In this document: positions 1 through 10,203 of the stretch, one piece after another
How the letters are laid out: the number at the start of each line of letters is the position of its first letter
How positions within the stretch are numbered: position 1 is the stretch's first letter
Assembly (NCBI GenBank): GCA_964567365.1
Contig: CAZMMO010000001.1
Span: 4,511-47,490 of the forward strand
From: an uncultured Rhodanobacteraceae bacterium
GTDB lineage: Bacteria > Pseudomonadota > Gammaproteobacteria > Xanthomonadales > Rhodanobacteraceae
Length of the DNA: 42,980 bases
Reading direction: 5' to 3'
Program-made: the position numbers and the translations under genes
The notes under the pieces: model-generated
Told to the model about the DNA's origin: nothing
The model's input: only the letters and a program-made list of their open reading frames with translations
The model's database searches: none

Positions 1-2
1 TG

Positions 3-242
3 CGCCATGCCTTCGAGGCGCTGCATTGCATTCGCGTGGAGTTCTGCACCCACTGGCTCAACCAGCGCAGCCGCGCGGCCATCGAGCGACTGGGGGCGAA
101 ACAGGACGGGGTGTTGCGCAACCATCGCGTCCTGCCGGACGGCAGTTACCGCGATACCGTGATGTATTCCATCGTCGAAGCGGAATGGCTGGCCGTGAAC
201 CATCACCTGACCTTCAAACTGGAGCGGAACGGAAACCCATGA
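3..242 (+). CDS. GNAT (RimJ/RimL-like) N-acetyltransferase, 3' part (start lies before the window)
   Basis: Frame open from the window edge: [41 protein letters not shown]...RDTVMYSI, a typical RimL-type C-terminus; TGA overlaps the argC ATG (ATGA). Confidence 0.8.
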   Translation, partial: RHAFEALHCIRVEFCTHWLNQRSRAAIERLGAKQDGVLRNHRVLPDGSYRDTVMYSIVEAEWLAVNHHLTFKLERNGNP

Positions 243-1228
243 GCGACAAGAAAACCATCGGCATCGTCGGCGCCCGTGGGCACACCGGTGCCGAGCTGAT
301 ACGCATGATCGCGGTGCATCCCGCGCTGGAACTGGCCTTCGTGTCCTCGCGCGAGCTCGACGGTCAGCGCGTGGCCGAACACAACGACGTCTACACCGGC
401 GACTTGCGCTACGAGAAGCTGGACGCGCAGGCGGTGGCGGACAAGCGTGCCGACGTGGTGATCCTGGCCCTGCCCAACGGCAAGTCGGAGCCTTTCGTCG
501 AAGCCATCGAGGCGGCCCGGCCGGACACGCTGGTGTTGGATCTTTCCGCCGACCACCGCTTCGACGAGGCCTGGTATTACGGCCTGCCGGAGCTGACCCG
601 CGAGCGCTGGCGCGGCGAGAAGCGCATCAGCAACCCCGGCTGCTATGCCACCGCCATCCAGTTGGCGGTCAAGCCGCTCAAGGGCGTGCTGGCTGCGCCG
701 CCGGTCTGCTTCGGTGTCTCGGGATATTCCGGCGCCGGCACTACGCCGTCGGACAAGAACGACCCGGACAAATTGCACGACAACATCATGCCCTATGCAC
801 TCATCGGCCACGGCCATGAGCGCGAGGCAGCCTACCGGCTGGGCCTCCCGGTCGAATTCATGCCGCACGTGGCGCCGCATTTCCGCGGCCTGACCGTGAC
901 CGTCAACCTGTATCTTTCGCGCACGTTGGACAAGGCCGACGTGGTGCAGCGGTTCCACCGGGCCTATGATCGCGAGCCGTTGGTCAAGGTGCTCGATGAC
1001 CGGGCGCCCTGGGTCAGCCAGGTCGCGCACCGGCATCACGCCGAGGTGGGCGGATTCACCCTGTCGGCCGACGGCCGGAGACTGGTCGTGGTGGCCACCC
1101 TGGACAACCTGCTCAAGGGCGCGGCCACGCAGGCCATGCAGAATATCAATCGTGCGATCGGAGTGGATGAATTCACGGCGATCGAAGAGGCGAGAGACGA
1201 GGGGCGAGTAGCGAGGGCGCAAGAATGA
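239..1228 (+). CDS. argC: N-acetyl-gamma-glutamyl-phosphate reductase
   Basis: [11 protein letters not shown] nucleotide-binding motif, catalytic [26 protein letters not shown]; start taken at the ATG overlapping the upstream stop. Confidence 0.95.
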   Translation: MSDKKTIGIVGARGHTGAELIRMIAVHPALELAFVSSRELDGQRVAEHNDVYTGDLRYEKLDAQAVADKRADVVILALPNGKSEPFVEAIEAARPDTLVLDLSADHRFDEAWYYGLPELTRERWRGEKRISNPGCYATAIQLAVKPLKGVLAAPPVCFGVSGYSGAGTTPSDKNDPDKLHDNIMPYALIGHGHEREAAYRLGLPVEFMPHVAPHFRGLTVTVNLYLSRTLDKADVVQRFHRAYDREPLVKVLDDRAPWVSQVAHRHHAEVGGFTLSADGRRLVVVATLDNLLKGAATQAMQNINRAIGVDEFTAIEEARDEGRVARAQE

Positions 1229-1290
1229 AATTCTGCGTGGAGTGCCCATCCCTGGCCCCTCGTCCCTAATCCCTCGACCCGGAGAGCATC

Positions 1291-2589
1291 ATGTCCCAAC
1301 CCTTATGGCAAAAAAGCGGCATCCGCATCGACGAACGCATCATGCGCTTCATGGCCGGTGACGACGTCGTGCTCGACCGCGAGTTTTTGCTGCACGACAT
1401 CGCCGCCAGCAAGGCGCACGTCGAGGGTCTGGCGCGCATCGGCGTGGTCGGCCGTGACGAGGAGAAGGACCTGTTGCGCGAACTCGATGCGTTGGCCGAG
1501 GATTTCCGGAACGGTGATTTCGTCCTCGACGAACGTTTCGAGGACGGCCATTCGGCCATCGAGGCACGCCTCACCGAGCGCCTGGGCGACACCGGCCGGC
1601 GCGTGCATACCGGGCGCAGCCGCAATGACCAGATCCTGGTGGCCATGCGCCTGTGGATGAAGGAGCGGCTGGCCGAGCTGGCCGATGTCTGCGTGCGTAT
1701 CGCGGAAGTCTGCCTGCGGCGTGCGCGGGACGAATCGCTGCCCTTGCCCGGCTACACCCACCTGCAACGCGCCGTGGTTTCCTCGACATCGATGTGGTTC
1801 GCCGGTTTTGCCGAAGGCTTCCTCGACGACGCGCGGCGCGCGCGCGACACGCTGGCCTGGATCGATGCCAATCCCCTGGGCACGGCGGCCGGCTACGGCG
1901 TCAACCTGCCGCTGGACCGCGAGTACACCACGCAGGCGCTGGGATTTGCGCGCATGCAGGTGAGCCCCGTCTATGCGCAATTGTCGCGCGGCAAGTTCGA
2001 ACTGGCGGCGCTCGATGCGCTGGCCTCGGCCGTGTTGGACCTGCGCCGCCTGGCCTGGGACCTGTCGCTGTTCACCACGGCCGAATTCAACTTCGTCCGT
2101 CTGCCCGACCAGTACACCACCGGCAGTTCCATCATGCCCAACAAGCGCAATCCGGACGTGGTCGAACTGCTGCGCGCCAGCTATGCCCCGGTGGCCGCGG
2201 CGCGCGTGGAGATCGAGCAGTTGTTGTCGCTGCCCTCGGGCTACCAGCGCGACCTGCAGTCGGGCAAGGGCTCGTTGTGGCATGGCTTCTCGCGCGGCCT
2301 GCCGGCCCTGGATCTGGTACCGGACCTGTTGCGCGACCTGCAGTGGCAGCCCGCATCCATGGAGGCCGCCATCGAGTCGTCCATGTACGCCACCGACGTT
2401 GCCATCGAGCAGGCTGCGGCCGGCGTACCGTTCCGCGACGCCTATCGCGCGGCCGCCGAAGCGGCGGCCGCGGCGGGCGCCGGACGTACGCCGCAACAGA
2501 GCCTGGATGCACGGGTGTCGCCGGGTGGAGCGGCGCAGCCAGGGCTTGAAATCCTCGAGGCGCGCCTCAAGGCCTTAGGGAAGCCCTGA
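1291..2589 (+). CDS. argH: Argininosuccinate lyase
   Basis: [19 protein letters not shown] and fumarase-family signature [12 protein letters not shown]; follows argC. Confidence 0.95.
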   Translation: MSQPLWQKSGIRIDERIMRFMAGDDVVLDREFLLHDIAASKAHVEGLARIGVVGRDEEKDLLRELDALAEDFRNGDFVLDERFEDGHSAIEARLTERLGDTGRRVHTGRSRNDQILVAMRLWMKERLAELADVCVRIAEVCLRRARDESLPLPGYTHLQRAVVSSTSMWFAGFAEGFLDDARRARDTLAWIDANPLGTAAGYGVNLPLDREYTTQALGFARMQVSPVYAQLSRGKFELAALDALASAVLDLRRLAWDLSLFTTAEFNFVRLPDQYTTGSSIMPNKRNPDVVELLRASYAPVAAARVEIEQLLSLPSGYQRDLQSGKGSLWHGFSRGLPALDLVPDLLRDLQWQPASMEAAIESSMYATDVAIEQAAAGVPFRDAYRAAAEAAAAAGAGRTPQQSLDARVSPGGAAQPGLEILEARLKALGKP

Positions 2590-2752
2590 TTCGATCAGGG
2601 CTTCCTGGAGAACTTGTCCGAAGAGCCGCACGACGCGGGTTTCCCCGGTGTTTCGACTTCGCGAAGCTTCGCTTCGCCACGCTCAACACGAACGGTTTCG
2701 ATATTCATGGGCAGGTTCCTGGGATGAGTGATATTTCATGACCGGAAAGCGA

Positions 2753-3937
2753 ATGACCAATCTACGCAGTTTCAGCGAGCAGGACGTTCCGACCTGGAAG
2801 CGCGCCGTCCTCAAGGTGGGCAGCAGCCTGCTGGCGGGCGAGCGCGGCGAGCTGAGCACGCAACAGGTCCTGGGGCTGGCCCAGTTCATCGCTTCCAGCT
2901 ACGCCGAGGGACGCGAAATCGTGCTGGTCTCTTCCGGTGCGGTCACCGCCGGTCGCATGTTGCTGGCCCAGCATGCCGACGTCGATGCCAGCCATGCCCA
3001 GCGCCAGGCCATGGCGGCGCTCGGGCAGACCCAGACCATCGCCCTGTGGCAGCGCCTGTTCGATCGTCCGCTGGCGCAGGTGCTGTTGACCCATGACGAC
3101 ATGCGCAACCGGCGCCGCTATCTCAATGCGCGCGCCACCCTGCAGGAGCTGCTCGGCCACGGCGTGTTGCCGGTGGTCAACGAAAACGACACGGTGGCCG
3201 TGGACGAGCTGACCCTGGGCGACAACGACAACCTGGCCGCCATCGTGGCCGGGCTGGTCGATGCCGACCTGCTGCTGATCGCGACCGACATCGACGGCCT
3301 GTATTCGGCCAATCCGCGCAGCAACCCGAATGCCGAGCCCATCAACGAGGTCATTGAACTCACGCCCGAGATCATGGCCATGGCCTCCGGCGCCGGCAGC
3401 AGCCACGGTACCGGCGGCATGCGCACCAAGCTGGAGGCGGCGCGCAAGGCCGCCGACGCGGGCATCGACACCATCCTGTTCAACGGTCGCGATGCCGACA
3501 TCGCGCGTCTGCTCTCGCACGGCAAGGTGCGCGGGACGCGTTTGCGCAGCACCCACTCCCGGCTGCAGGCGCGCAAGTACTGGTTGCGGCACACGCCGTC
3601 CATGCCCGGCTGCATCCGCGTCGACGCCGGCGCGGCCCGGGCCCTGTGCAAGGGCGGCGCCTCGCTGCTGCCCACCGGCATCGTCAGCGTGGAGGGCGAG
3701 TTCCAGCGCGGCGACATGGTCGAGATCGTCGACGCCGCCAACGAGCTTTGCATCGCCCGCGGCATCGTCCAGTACGGTGCCGCCGAAATCAAGATCATCC
3801 ACGGTTGTCACAGCAACGAGATCGAGCAGCATCTCGGCTACAGCTACGGCGGCAACGTCATCCACCGCGATGACCTGGTCACTGTCGGCGACAACCTCGA
3901 CCCGACGACCGACAAGGGAGTCCCAACCCATGACTGA
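2753..3937 (+). CDS. proB: Glutamate 5-kinase with PUA domain
   Basis: [42 protein letters not shown]. Start could also be 2738. Confidence 0.95.
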   Translation: MTNLRSFSEQDVPTWKRAVLKVGSSLLAGERGELSTQQVLGLAQFIASSYAEGREIVLVSSGAVTAGRMLLAQHADVDASHAQRQAMAALGQTQTIALWQRLFDRPLAQVLLTHDDMRNRRRYLNARATLQELLGHGVLPVVNENDTVAVDELTLGDNDNLAAIVAGLVDADLLLIATDIDGLYSANPRSNPNAEPINEVIELTPEIMAMASGAGSSHGTGGMRTKLEAARKAADAGIDTILFNGRDADIARLLSHGKVRGTRLRSTHSRLQARKYWLRHTPSMPGCIRVDAGAARALCKGGASLLPTGIVSVEGEFQRGDMVEIVDAANELCIARGIVQYGAAEIKIIHGCHSNEIEQHLGYSYGGNVIHRDDLVTVGDNLDPTTDKGVPTHD

Positions 3938-5204
3938 GTCCGTGCGCGAGATCGCGCTCCAATGCAAACAGGCCGCCACGGCGGTGGCCGAACTGGACAC
4001 GCGCGAGAAGAACGCGCTGCTCCAATCCATGGCCGATGCCCTCGAGGCCGGCCGCGACCAGGTGTTGGCGGCCAATGCCGAGGACGTCCGGGCCGCGCGC
4101 GAGGCGAAGGTCGAGGAGGCTTTCATCGACCGCCTCGCGCTCGACGAGAAGCGCCTCAAGGGCGTGGCCGACGCCCTGCGTTTCGTCGCCGGCCTGCCCG
4201 ATCCGGTGGGGCAGGTGACGCGCAGCGAAACCTCCGACAAGGGCTTCACCATCGAGCGCGTGCGCGTGCCGTTGGGTGTCATCGCGATGATCTACGAGGC
4301 GCGCCCCAACGTCACCGCGGACGCCGCCGCGTTGTGCCTGAAGGCCGGCAACGGCGTCATCCTGCGCGGCGGCTCCAAGGCCGTGCGCTCCAACCGGGCC
4401 ATTGCCGCCTGCCTGCACAAGGCATTGGCCGATGCGGGCCTGTCCGAGCATGCCGTGGTGTTGCTGGACGACCTCAGCCGCGAGGCGATGCTGGAGCTGA
4501 TGCAGCTTTCGGACATCGTCGACCTGGTCATCCCGCGCGGGGGCGAGGGCCTGATCCGCTTCGTCACCGAGCACGCGCGCGTGCCGGTCATCAAGCACTA
4601 CAAGGGCGTCTGCCACCTGTACGTGGATGCGGCCGCGGACCTGGACAAGGCCGTCGACCTGGCCGTGGACGGCAAGTGCTCGCGCCCGGCGGCCTGCAAC
4701 GCGCTGGAGAACCTGCTGGTGCACGCCGACGTGGCCGAAAGCTTTCTTCCGTGTGTGGCCAAGGCATTGCGGGATCGCGGCGTCGAGCTTCTGGGCGACG
4801 AGCGTTCGCGCGCCATCGTCGCCGACATGGCGCCGGCCACGGAAGAAGATTACGACACCGAGTTCCTGGCCCTGAAGCTGGCCGTGCGCGTGGTCGACGA
4901 TCTCGACCAGGCCATCGCCCATATTCGTCGCTACGGCTCCGACCATACCGAGGTCATCGCCACCGAGGACGCGGCCGTGGCCGACCGCTTCGTGCATGCG
5001 CTGCGCTCGGCCGTGGTCATGGTCAACACTTCCTCGCGTTTCAGCGACGGCGGCGAGCTGGGCCTGGGCGCGGAAATCGGCATCTCGACCACGCGCCTGC
5101 ATTCCTACGGGCCCATGGGGCTGGAGGCGCTCACCATCGAGCGTTTCGTCCTGCGCGGCCACGGCGAGGTCCGCCATCCCGAAAGCCGCACGACCGGCCT
5201 GTAG
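3930..5204 (+). CDS. proA: Gamma-glutamyl phosphate reductase
   Basis: [41 protein letters not shown]; ATG overlaps proB end, AAGGGAG upstream. Confidence 0.95.
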   Translation: MTESVREIALQCKQAATAVAELDTREKNALLQSMADALEAGRDQVLAANAEDVRAAREAKVEEAFIDRLALDEKRLKGVADALRFVAGLPDPVGQVTRSETSDKGFTIERVRVPLGVIAMIYEARPNVTADAAALCLKAGNGVILRGGSKAVRSNRAIAACLHKALADAGLSEHAVVLLDDLSREAMLELMQLSDIVDLVIPRGGEGLIRFVTEHARVPVIKHYKGVCHLYVDAAADLDKAVDLAVDGKCSRPAACNALENLLVHADVAESFLPCVAKALRDRGVELLGDERSRAIVADMAPATEEDYDTEFLALKLAVRVVDDLDQAIAHIRRYGSDHTEVIATEDAAVADRFVHALRSAVVMVNTSSRFSDGGELGLGAEIGISTTRLHSYGPMGLEALTIERFVLRGHGEVRHPESRTTGL

Positions 5205-5275
5205 GAGCGCACCCGGGCGCGACGGCATTGGCGCTCAATGAGCTTCGAGCCTGTCGCGCCCGGGTGCGCTCCTAC
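5201..5275. repeat. REPIN (inverted pair of GTAG-family REPs), copy 1
   Basis: GTAGGAGCGCACCCGGGCGCGAC (5201-5223) plus its exact reverse complement (5253-5275), 29-nt spacer; supplies the proA TAG. Confidence 0.9.
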
Positions 5276-5293
5276 GGGGATTGTCCGGGATCG

Positions 5294-5316
5294 GGGGCAA
5301 CGTTGTTGCCCCGTTT
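5294..5316. terminator. Small hairpin between convergent proA and ggt1
   Basis: GGGGCAAC-GTT-GTTGCCCC followed by GTTT; short U-tract. Confidence 0.4.
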
Positions 5317-5331
5317 CCCGCTTTGCCGCTG

Positions 5332-7251
5332 TCAATACCCGGCCGCCGCTCCCGCCGGCCGGCGACGGTCGTTGGCGCCTTCGATCAAGCCGGTATTCGG
5401 ATTGAACAGGATGGCCTCGTCGGCGCCGATGGAACGACGCTGCTTGAAGGTGTAGCCCATCGCCTCGAGCTTGGACTTGGTCTGCGCGGTGATGCGGCCC
5501 GGCTCGATGTAGACCACGTCCGGATACCACTGCATGTGCAGGCGCGGAGCGTTGATGGCCTGCTGCAGGTTCATGCCGAAGTCGAGCACGTTGACGATCG
5601 ACTCCATCGTGGTCGAGATGATGGTGGCGCTGCCCGGGCTGCCGGTGAGCATGAACGGCTTGCCGTCCTTCATCACGATGGTCGGCGTCATCGAGCTCAG
5701 CGGACGCTTGCCCGGCTCGACCTGGTCGGCCTTGCCCTGCACCAGGCCGGCCCCGTTGGAGGCGCCCGGCTTGGCGGTGAAGTCGTCCATCTCGTTGTTG
5801 AGGTAGAAGCCGGTGTTGCCGGCCATCTGCTTGATGCCGAACAGGTAGTTGATGGTATAGGTGGTGGCCACCGCGTTGCCGTACTTGTCCACCACCGAGT
5901 AATGCGTGGTGTGGTGTCCTTCCTTGGCCGACAGGAAGCTGTGGATGTCCGAGGACGGCGTGGCCTTGTCCGGCTCGATGGTGGCGCGGCGCTGGTCGGC
6001 GTGCGCGGCCGAGAGCAGCTTGTCCAGCGGATTGTGCACGAAGTCCGGGTCGCCCAGGTAGGTGTTGCGGTCGGCAAAGGCGCGGCGCTCGGCCTCGACG
6101 ATGTAATGCACGGCCTTGACCGAACCGTAGCCCCACTGGCCCAGCGGATAGGGCTTGAGGATGTTCAGGATCATGCACAGCGTGGTGCCGCCGGAACTGG
6201 GGGGCGGCGCGGAGAGGATGGTGTAGCCGTGGTACTGGCACTGGATGGGCTTCATCCACTCCACGTTGTAGTTGGCGAAGTCCTTCATCGACAGGATGCC
6301 GCCGTTGGCGTCGCTGGCCTTGACGATGGCCTTGGCGATCGAACCCTTGTAGAACGCGTCGGTGCCGCCCTTGGCGATCTTCTCCAGCGAGTTGGCCAGG
6401 TCGGTCTGCACCAGGCGTTCGCCGGCCTTCCAGGGTTTGCCGTCGTGGCCGAAGACGGCCGCCGAATGCGGATACTTGTTGAGCGCCTTCAGATCGCGGT
6501 TGATGATGTCGGCGTCACCCTGCTTGAGGATGTAGCCGTCGCGGGCCAGCTTGATGGCCGGAGCGATGACCTGCGCCAGGCTCATGGTGCCGTATTTCTT
6601 CAGGGCCGTGTTCAGGCCCATCACCGTGCCGGGAACCCCCACGCCCAGGTAGGTGCCGGTGCTGCGGCCCTTGACCACGTTGCCGTCCTTGTCCAGGAAC
6701 ATGTCGGTGGTGGCTTTCAGCGGCGCCTTCTCGCGGAAGTTCAGGAACAGGTTCTTGCCGTTGGCCAGGTGGATGGTCATGAAGCCGCCGCCGCCGATGT
6801 TGCCGCAGCACGGTTGCGTCACGGCCAGGGCATAACCCACGGCGACCGCCGCGTCGATGGCGTTGCCGCCGGCCTTGAGAATCTGCAGGCCCGCCTGTGT
6901 GGCCAGGTGCTGGTCTGACACCACCATGGCGTGCTTGGCGGTGACCGGCTGGGCCTGGCGCAGGGCGGCCTGGGTGGCTTCGGGCGCGTGCGCGATGGCG
7001 GGGTTGCCGGCCAGGACGTTGCGGTTGTCGTCCATGCCGGTGGCGGCCACGGTACTGGCCGGGGCGGCCGCGCTGGCCGGAGCGGTCGGGGTCTGTGCCT
7101 TGTCGGTCGGGCTCTGGCCGCTGCAGGCACTGAGACCAAGCATGACCAGGGCCGAGACCAGCAGGGGGCGTTGCCACCAGTGGCTGCCGGGATGCACGAA
7201 GGTCGGCCGGGGCGGGGCGGCGAGGGGCCGCGGATGGAGATTGTCGGTCAT
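5332..7251 (-). CDS. ggt: Gamma-glutamyltransferase 1, predicted lipoprotein
   Basis: GGNAIDAAVA, GNIGGGGFM, FREKAP, autocleavage nucleophile in TTHYSVVD, NNEMDDF, KRPLSSMTP; lipobox LGLSAC then Pro/Ala/Thr-rich linker. Start at ATG 7251 (GGAG upstream) or GTG 7257. Confidence 0.92.
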   Translation of the reverse strand: MTDNLHPRPLAAPPRPTFVHPGSHWWQRPLLVSALVMLGLSACSGQSPTDKAQTPTAPASAAAPASTVAATGMDDNRNVLAGNPAIAHAPEATQAALRQAQPVTAKHAMVVSDQHLATQAGLQILKAGGNAIDAAVAVGYALAVTQPCCGNIGGGGFMTIHLANGKNLFLNFREKAPLKATTDMFLDKDGNVVKGRSTGTYLGVGVPGTVMGLNTALKKYGTMSLAQVIAPAIKLARDGYILKQGDADIINRDLKALNKYPHSAAVFGHDGKPWKAGERLVQTDLANSLEKIAKGGTDAFYKGSIAKAIVKASDANGGILSMKDFANYNVEWMKPIQCQYHGYTILSAPPPSSGGTTLCMILNILKPYPLGQWGYGSVKAVHYIVEAERRAFADRNTYLGDPDFVHNPLDKLLSAAHADQRRATIEPDKATPSSDIHSFLSAKEGHHTTHYSVVDKYGNAVATTYTINYLFGIKQMAGNTGFYLNNEMDDFTAKPGASNGAGLVQGKADQVEPGKRPLSSMTPTIVMKDGKPFMLTGSPGSATIISTTMESIVNVLDFGMNLQQAINAPRLHMQWYPDVVYIEPGRITAQTKSKLEAMGYTFKQRRSIGADEAILFNPNTGLIEGANDRRRPAGAAAGY

Positions 7252-7305
7252 GTTCACTCCGGATTGGGTAATGAGCGTGATTGCGGTCGGTGAGTGTCGT
7301 CCACG

Positions 7306-7354
7306 AAAAAAGGGGGACCGGCATGGCTTCTGTGGATCGATGCCATGCCAGTCC
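7306..7354 (-). terminator. Possible intrinsic terminator/attenuator between dgcA and ggt1
   Basis: Minus strand GGACTGGCATGGC...GCCATGCCGGTCC followed by CCCTTTTTT. Confidence 0.55.
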
Positions 7355-7369
7355 GCCGAGGGGAATGCT

Positions 7370-8359
7370 TCAACCGCCCCAGAATCCCGGGGACGGCGGG
7401 TAGATCAGTCCATCGCGCAGGTGAACCCCGTCGGGATGGTCTTCGCGCATCCAGAACGGGCCGTCGAGGTCGACGAAGGCGGCTTCACGGGCCACTTCCA
7501 TGGCCGGCACGATGCTCAGCGAGGAGCCCAGCATGCAACCGACCATGATCTGGAAACCTTCCGCGCGCGCGGCGTGCAACAGGCGCCAGGCCTCGGTCAG
7601 GCCGCCGGTCTTGTCGAGCTTGATGTTGACGGCCTGGTAGAGGCCGCGCAGCCGGGGCAGGTCGCTGGTCGTGTGGCAGGCCTCGTCAGCGCATATGGGA
7701 ATGGGACCGGAATAATCGGCCAAGTCCCCATCCGCATGGGCGGGCAACGGCTGCTCGACCAGGTCGATGCGGTTTTCCACCAGCACGGGTTCCATCTTGC
7801 GCAGGGTCTCGATATCCCAGGCCTCGTTGGCGTCGACGATGATGCGGGCCTTGGGCGCGGCATTGCGCACGGCCTCGATGCGCTCGACGGCCTGCTCGCC
7901 GTCGATCTTGATCTTGATCAGCTTCTGCTGGTCGCTGATGCGTGCCGTGGCCTTGCCCATCTCTTCCGGAGTGTCGATGCTGATCGTGAACGCGGTGATG
8001 ATGGGCTGGTGGGCCGGGCGCGCCAGCCGCGTCCACACGGGGACGGACGTGAGCCGCGACTCGAGGTCCCACAGGGCGTTGTCCAGGGCGTTGCGCGCGG
8101 CTCCGGCGGGAAGTTGCGTCTGCAGTTCGTCGCGGCCCATGCCGGCACACAGTTTTTCGCGCACCGATTCCATCTGCTCGAGGACGGATTCCACGGATTC
8201 GCCGTAATGCTTGTAGGGAACCGATTCCCCGCGCCCCGTCTTGCCGTCCTGGGACAGGTCGACGGCGATCACTTCCGCGGTATTCCGGGATCCGCGGGAG
8301 ATGCGAAAGGGCGCGTTGAGGGGCAGGGTGAGATGTTGGATGTTCAGTTCGCGAAGCAT
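7370..8359 (-). CDS. dgcA: Enolase-superfamily dipeptide epimerase / N-acetyl-D-glutamate racemase (DgcA-like)
   Basis: PFRISRG, GRGESVPY, KIK catalytic motif, VDANE, EQP, ADE, NIKLDKTGGLT, MVGCM, DLDGP; overlaps the DUF1611 gene by 16 nt. Confidence 0.85.
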   Translation of the reverse strand: MLRELNIQHLTLPLNAPFRISRGSRNTAEVIAVDLSQDGKTGRGESVPYKHYGESVESVLEQMESVREKLCAGMGRDELQTQLPAGAARNALDNALWDLESRLTSVPVWTRLARPAHQPIITAFTISIDTPEEMGKATARISDQQKLIKIKIDGEQAVERIEAVRNAAPKARIIVDANEAWDIETLRKMEPVLVENRIDLVEQPLPAHADGDLADYSGPIPICADEACHTTSDLPRLRGLYQAVNIKLDKTGGLTEAWRLLHAARAEGFQIMVGCMLGSSLSIVPAMEVAREAAFVDLDGPFWMREDHPDGVHLRDGLIYPPSPGFWGG

Positions 8360-9387
8360 GAGATCAGGTTGTCCACAATGGAATCGACGCCCATGGATAC
8401 TGGGTCCTGGCACGGGAGCCCGAGCCTGTCACTGATTTCATCACAAGTTGCCTGCACTTTGTCGGCCGGCACGCTGGAAGTATTGAGTGCGACACCGACG
8501 GCCCGGACTGCGGGATTGGTCAGGCGGGCGTGGGCGAGATTGGCCTCCAGGCAGGTTTTCAGGTCCGGCATGGGACGGCCCGGAAGCCCGCGCATGTGCG
8601 GACGGGTGGGCTCGTGGCAGAACACCAGGGCGTCGGGTTGCGCACCGTGCAGCAGGCCGAGCGAGACTCCGGCGAAGGAGGGATGGAACAGCGAACCCTG
8701 GCCTTCGATGATGTCCCAGCCGCCATCTTCGCGGTCCGGGGAAATGCGTTCGGCTGCGCCGGAGATGAAGTCGGCGATCACCGAATCGATGGGAATGCCG
8801 CCGCCGGCAACGAAGATGCCGGTCTGGCCGGTGGCGCGGAAATCCGCGGCCAGCCCGCGCTCGCGCATGGCGTGTTCGAGCGCGAGCGAGGTGTACATCT
8901 TGCCGACCGAGCAATCGGTCCCCACGGTGAGAATACGCTTGCCGGCACGCTTGTTCCCTTTGCCGACCTTCAGGTCGCGCGGAGGGATGCGGGCGTCGAA
9001 CAGGGTGCGCCCGTTGTATTTGGCAGCCGCCACGATATTGGGGTTTTCACACAATTTCTGGTGCAGGCCCGAAACCACGTTCAAGCCGGCATCGAGCGCG
9101 GCCACGACATCGGCCACGACTTCGGAGGCCATCATGCCCCCGGCGCTCGCGGTACCCAGCATCATGGTGTCGGCGCCGGCGGCCTTGGCCTGCTTCACGT
9201 CCATGTCGGGCAGGTTCAGTGTCAATTTGCACTCGGGATGCCGAAGCTGGCCAAGACACCATTGCGGACGCCAGTAGGCGACGCCCCTGGCCGTCTTGAT
9301 GTCGAGTTGGTCAACGGCCCGGCCCAGATACAGGAGGTAGGGCGGACTCCATTGGCCGTGGACGGATTCTTCGCCAGGGTTTGACAT
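8344..9387 (-). CDS. dgcN: DUF1611-family protein, D-glutamate N-acetyltransferase (DgcN-like)
   Basis: PYLLYLG, KTARGVAYWRP, P-loop-like VGTDCSVGKMYT, ATGQTG, DFISGAAE, EGQGSLFHPSFAGVSLGLLHGAQPD; directly upstream of the epimerase. Confidence 0.85.
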   Translation of the reverse strand: MSNPGEESVHGQWSPPYLLYLGRAVDQLDIKTARGVAYWRPQWCLGQLRHPECKLTLNLPDMDVKQAKAAGADTMMLGTASAGGMMASEVVADVVAALDAGLNVVSGLHQKLCENPNIVAAAKYNGRTLFDARIPPRDLKVGKGNKRAGKRILTVGTDCSVGKMYTSLALEHAMRERGLAADFRATGQTGIFVAGGGIPIDSVIADFISGAAERISPDREDGGWDIIEGQGSLFHPSFAGVSLGLLHGAQPDALVFCHEPTRPHMRGLPGRPMPDLKTCLEANLAHARLTNPAVRAVGVALNTSSVPADKVQATCDEISDRLGLPCQDPVSMGVDSIVDNLISCFAN

Positions 9388-9590
9388 GAAATCGCTACTC
9401 CAATTCTTCTTCGAAGGTCATGTATCAGCAAAGGGGAATGGATGACATCCCGGTCGATCGCCTGGCAGGCGAAGGAAGGTGATTTCGAACAGGGTCGGAC
9501 GCAGACACACGCCGCCCGACCCGGCCCACCAGGGCCCGGTGATCCCCTGAGACGACCCAAGCGAGCATAGTCACTGGCGAGCCCGTATCG

Positions 9591-9630
9591 CCAATGAAAA
9601 GATCGGTACGTGTCATAACTGTGAGTTGTG
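9591..9630 (-). promoter_or_regulatory. LysR-type operator, copy A (upstream of dgcN)
   Basis: Minus strand CACAAC-TCACA-GTTATG-N10-ATCTTTTCATTGG. Confidence 0.75.
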
Positions 9631-9890
9631 GGTGTCCCGGTGGGATTTACACTCGTGGATCTTCCCGTGGTTTTTCCCGTTTTTTCGTGACTTGCGGAAG
9701 GTTCTGCAGGTCTGCCCACGACGGAATTCGTCCGCGCGCATGACGATCCGTCATGCGCGCTCGCGGTTTTCCTTCGAGGAGAGCCGGAGCCTGGAAGGGC
9801 ATCCGGACCGGGTTTGCCTGTGCGACATCAGGCGGCGTGACGCCTGGCCGCAACGTGCGCGGAGGACCGTATCGGCGGAATTCGTGCCCG

Positions 9891-9930
9891 CACAACCCAC
9901 GGTTATGCCTCGTGCCGATCTTTTCATTGG
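9891..9930 (+). promoter_or_regulatory. LysR-type operator, copy B (upstream of APC permease 1)
   Basis: CACAAC-CCACG-GTTATG-N10-ATCTTTTCATTGG. Confidence 0.75.
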
Positions 9931-10027
9931 ATGCTTGCTTCGGGTTGTGGCTACTCTCGACTTCGCTTCGGCCCGGGGGGCAGGTGCCGGGGAGGGCTTC
10001 GATGGAAAGGCGTTGATGCCCCACCGT

Positions 10028-10102
10028 GTAGGAGCGCACCCGGGCGCGACAGGCTTGAAGCGCATGGAACGCTGATGCCGTCGCGCCCGGGTGCGCTCCT
10101 AC
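10028..10102. repeat. REPIN copy 2 (opposite orientation to copy 1)
   Basis: Same 23-nt inverted arms; spacer is the reverse complement of a sequence resembling the copy 1 spacer. Confidence 0.9.
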
Positions 10103-10203
10103 AGCAACGGATTGCGTCGCACGATGAGCCGCTGCCGCTGCCGGCGCGGATGTCGGGATGCCTCGGCCATTCTATCTTTTACTCAAACAGCGTGGATTCG
10201 ATC

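Noticed and set aside
9931-10203. Long N-terminal extensions in the ORF track (APC1 from 9931, proA from 3330, tauY from 28412, regulator from 35949, argC from 26)
   Set aside because: They run through a REPIN, operators or upstream genes; recognisable homology starts at the downstream starts used.
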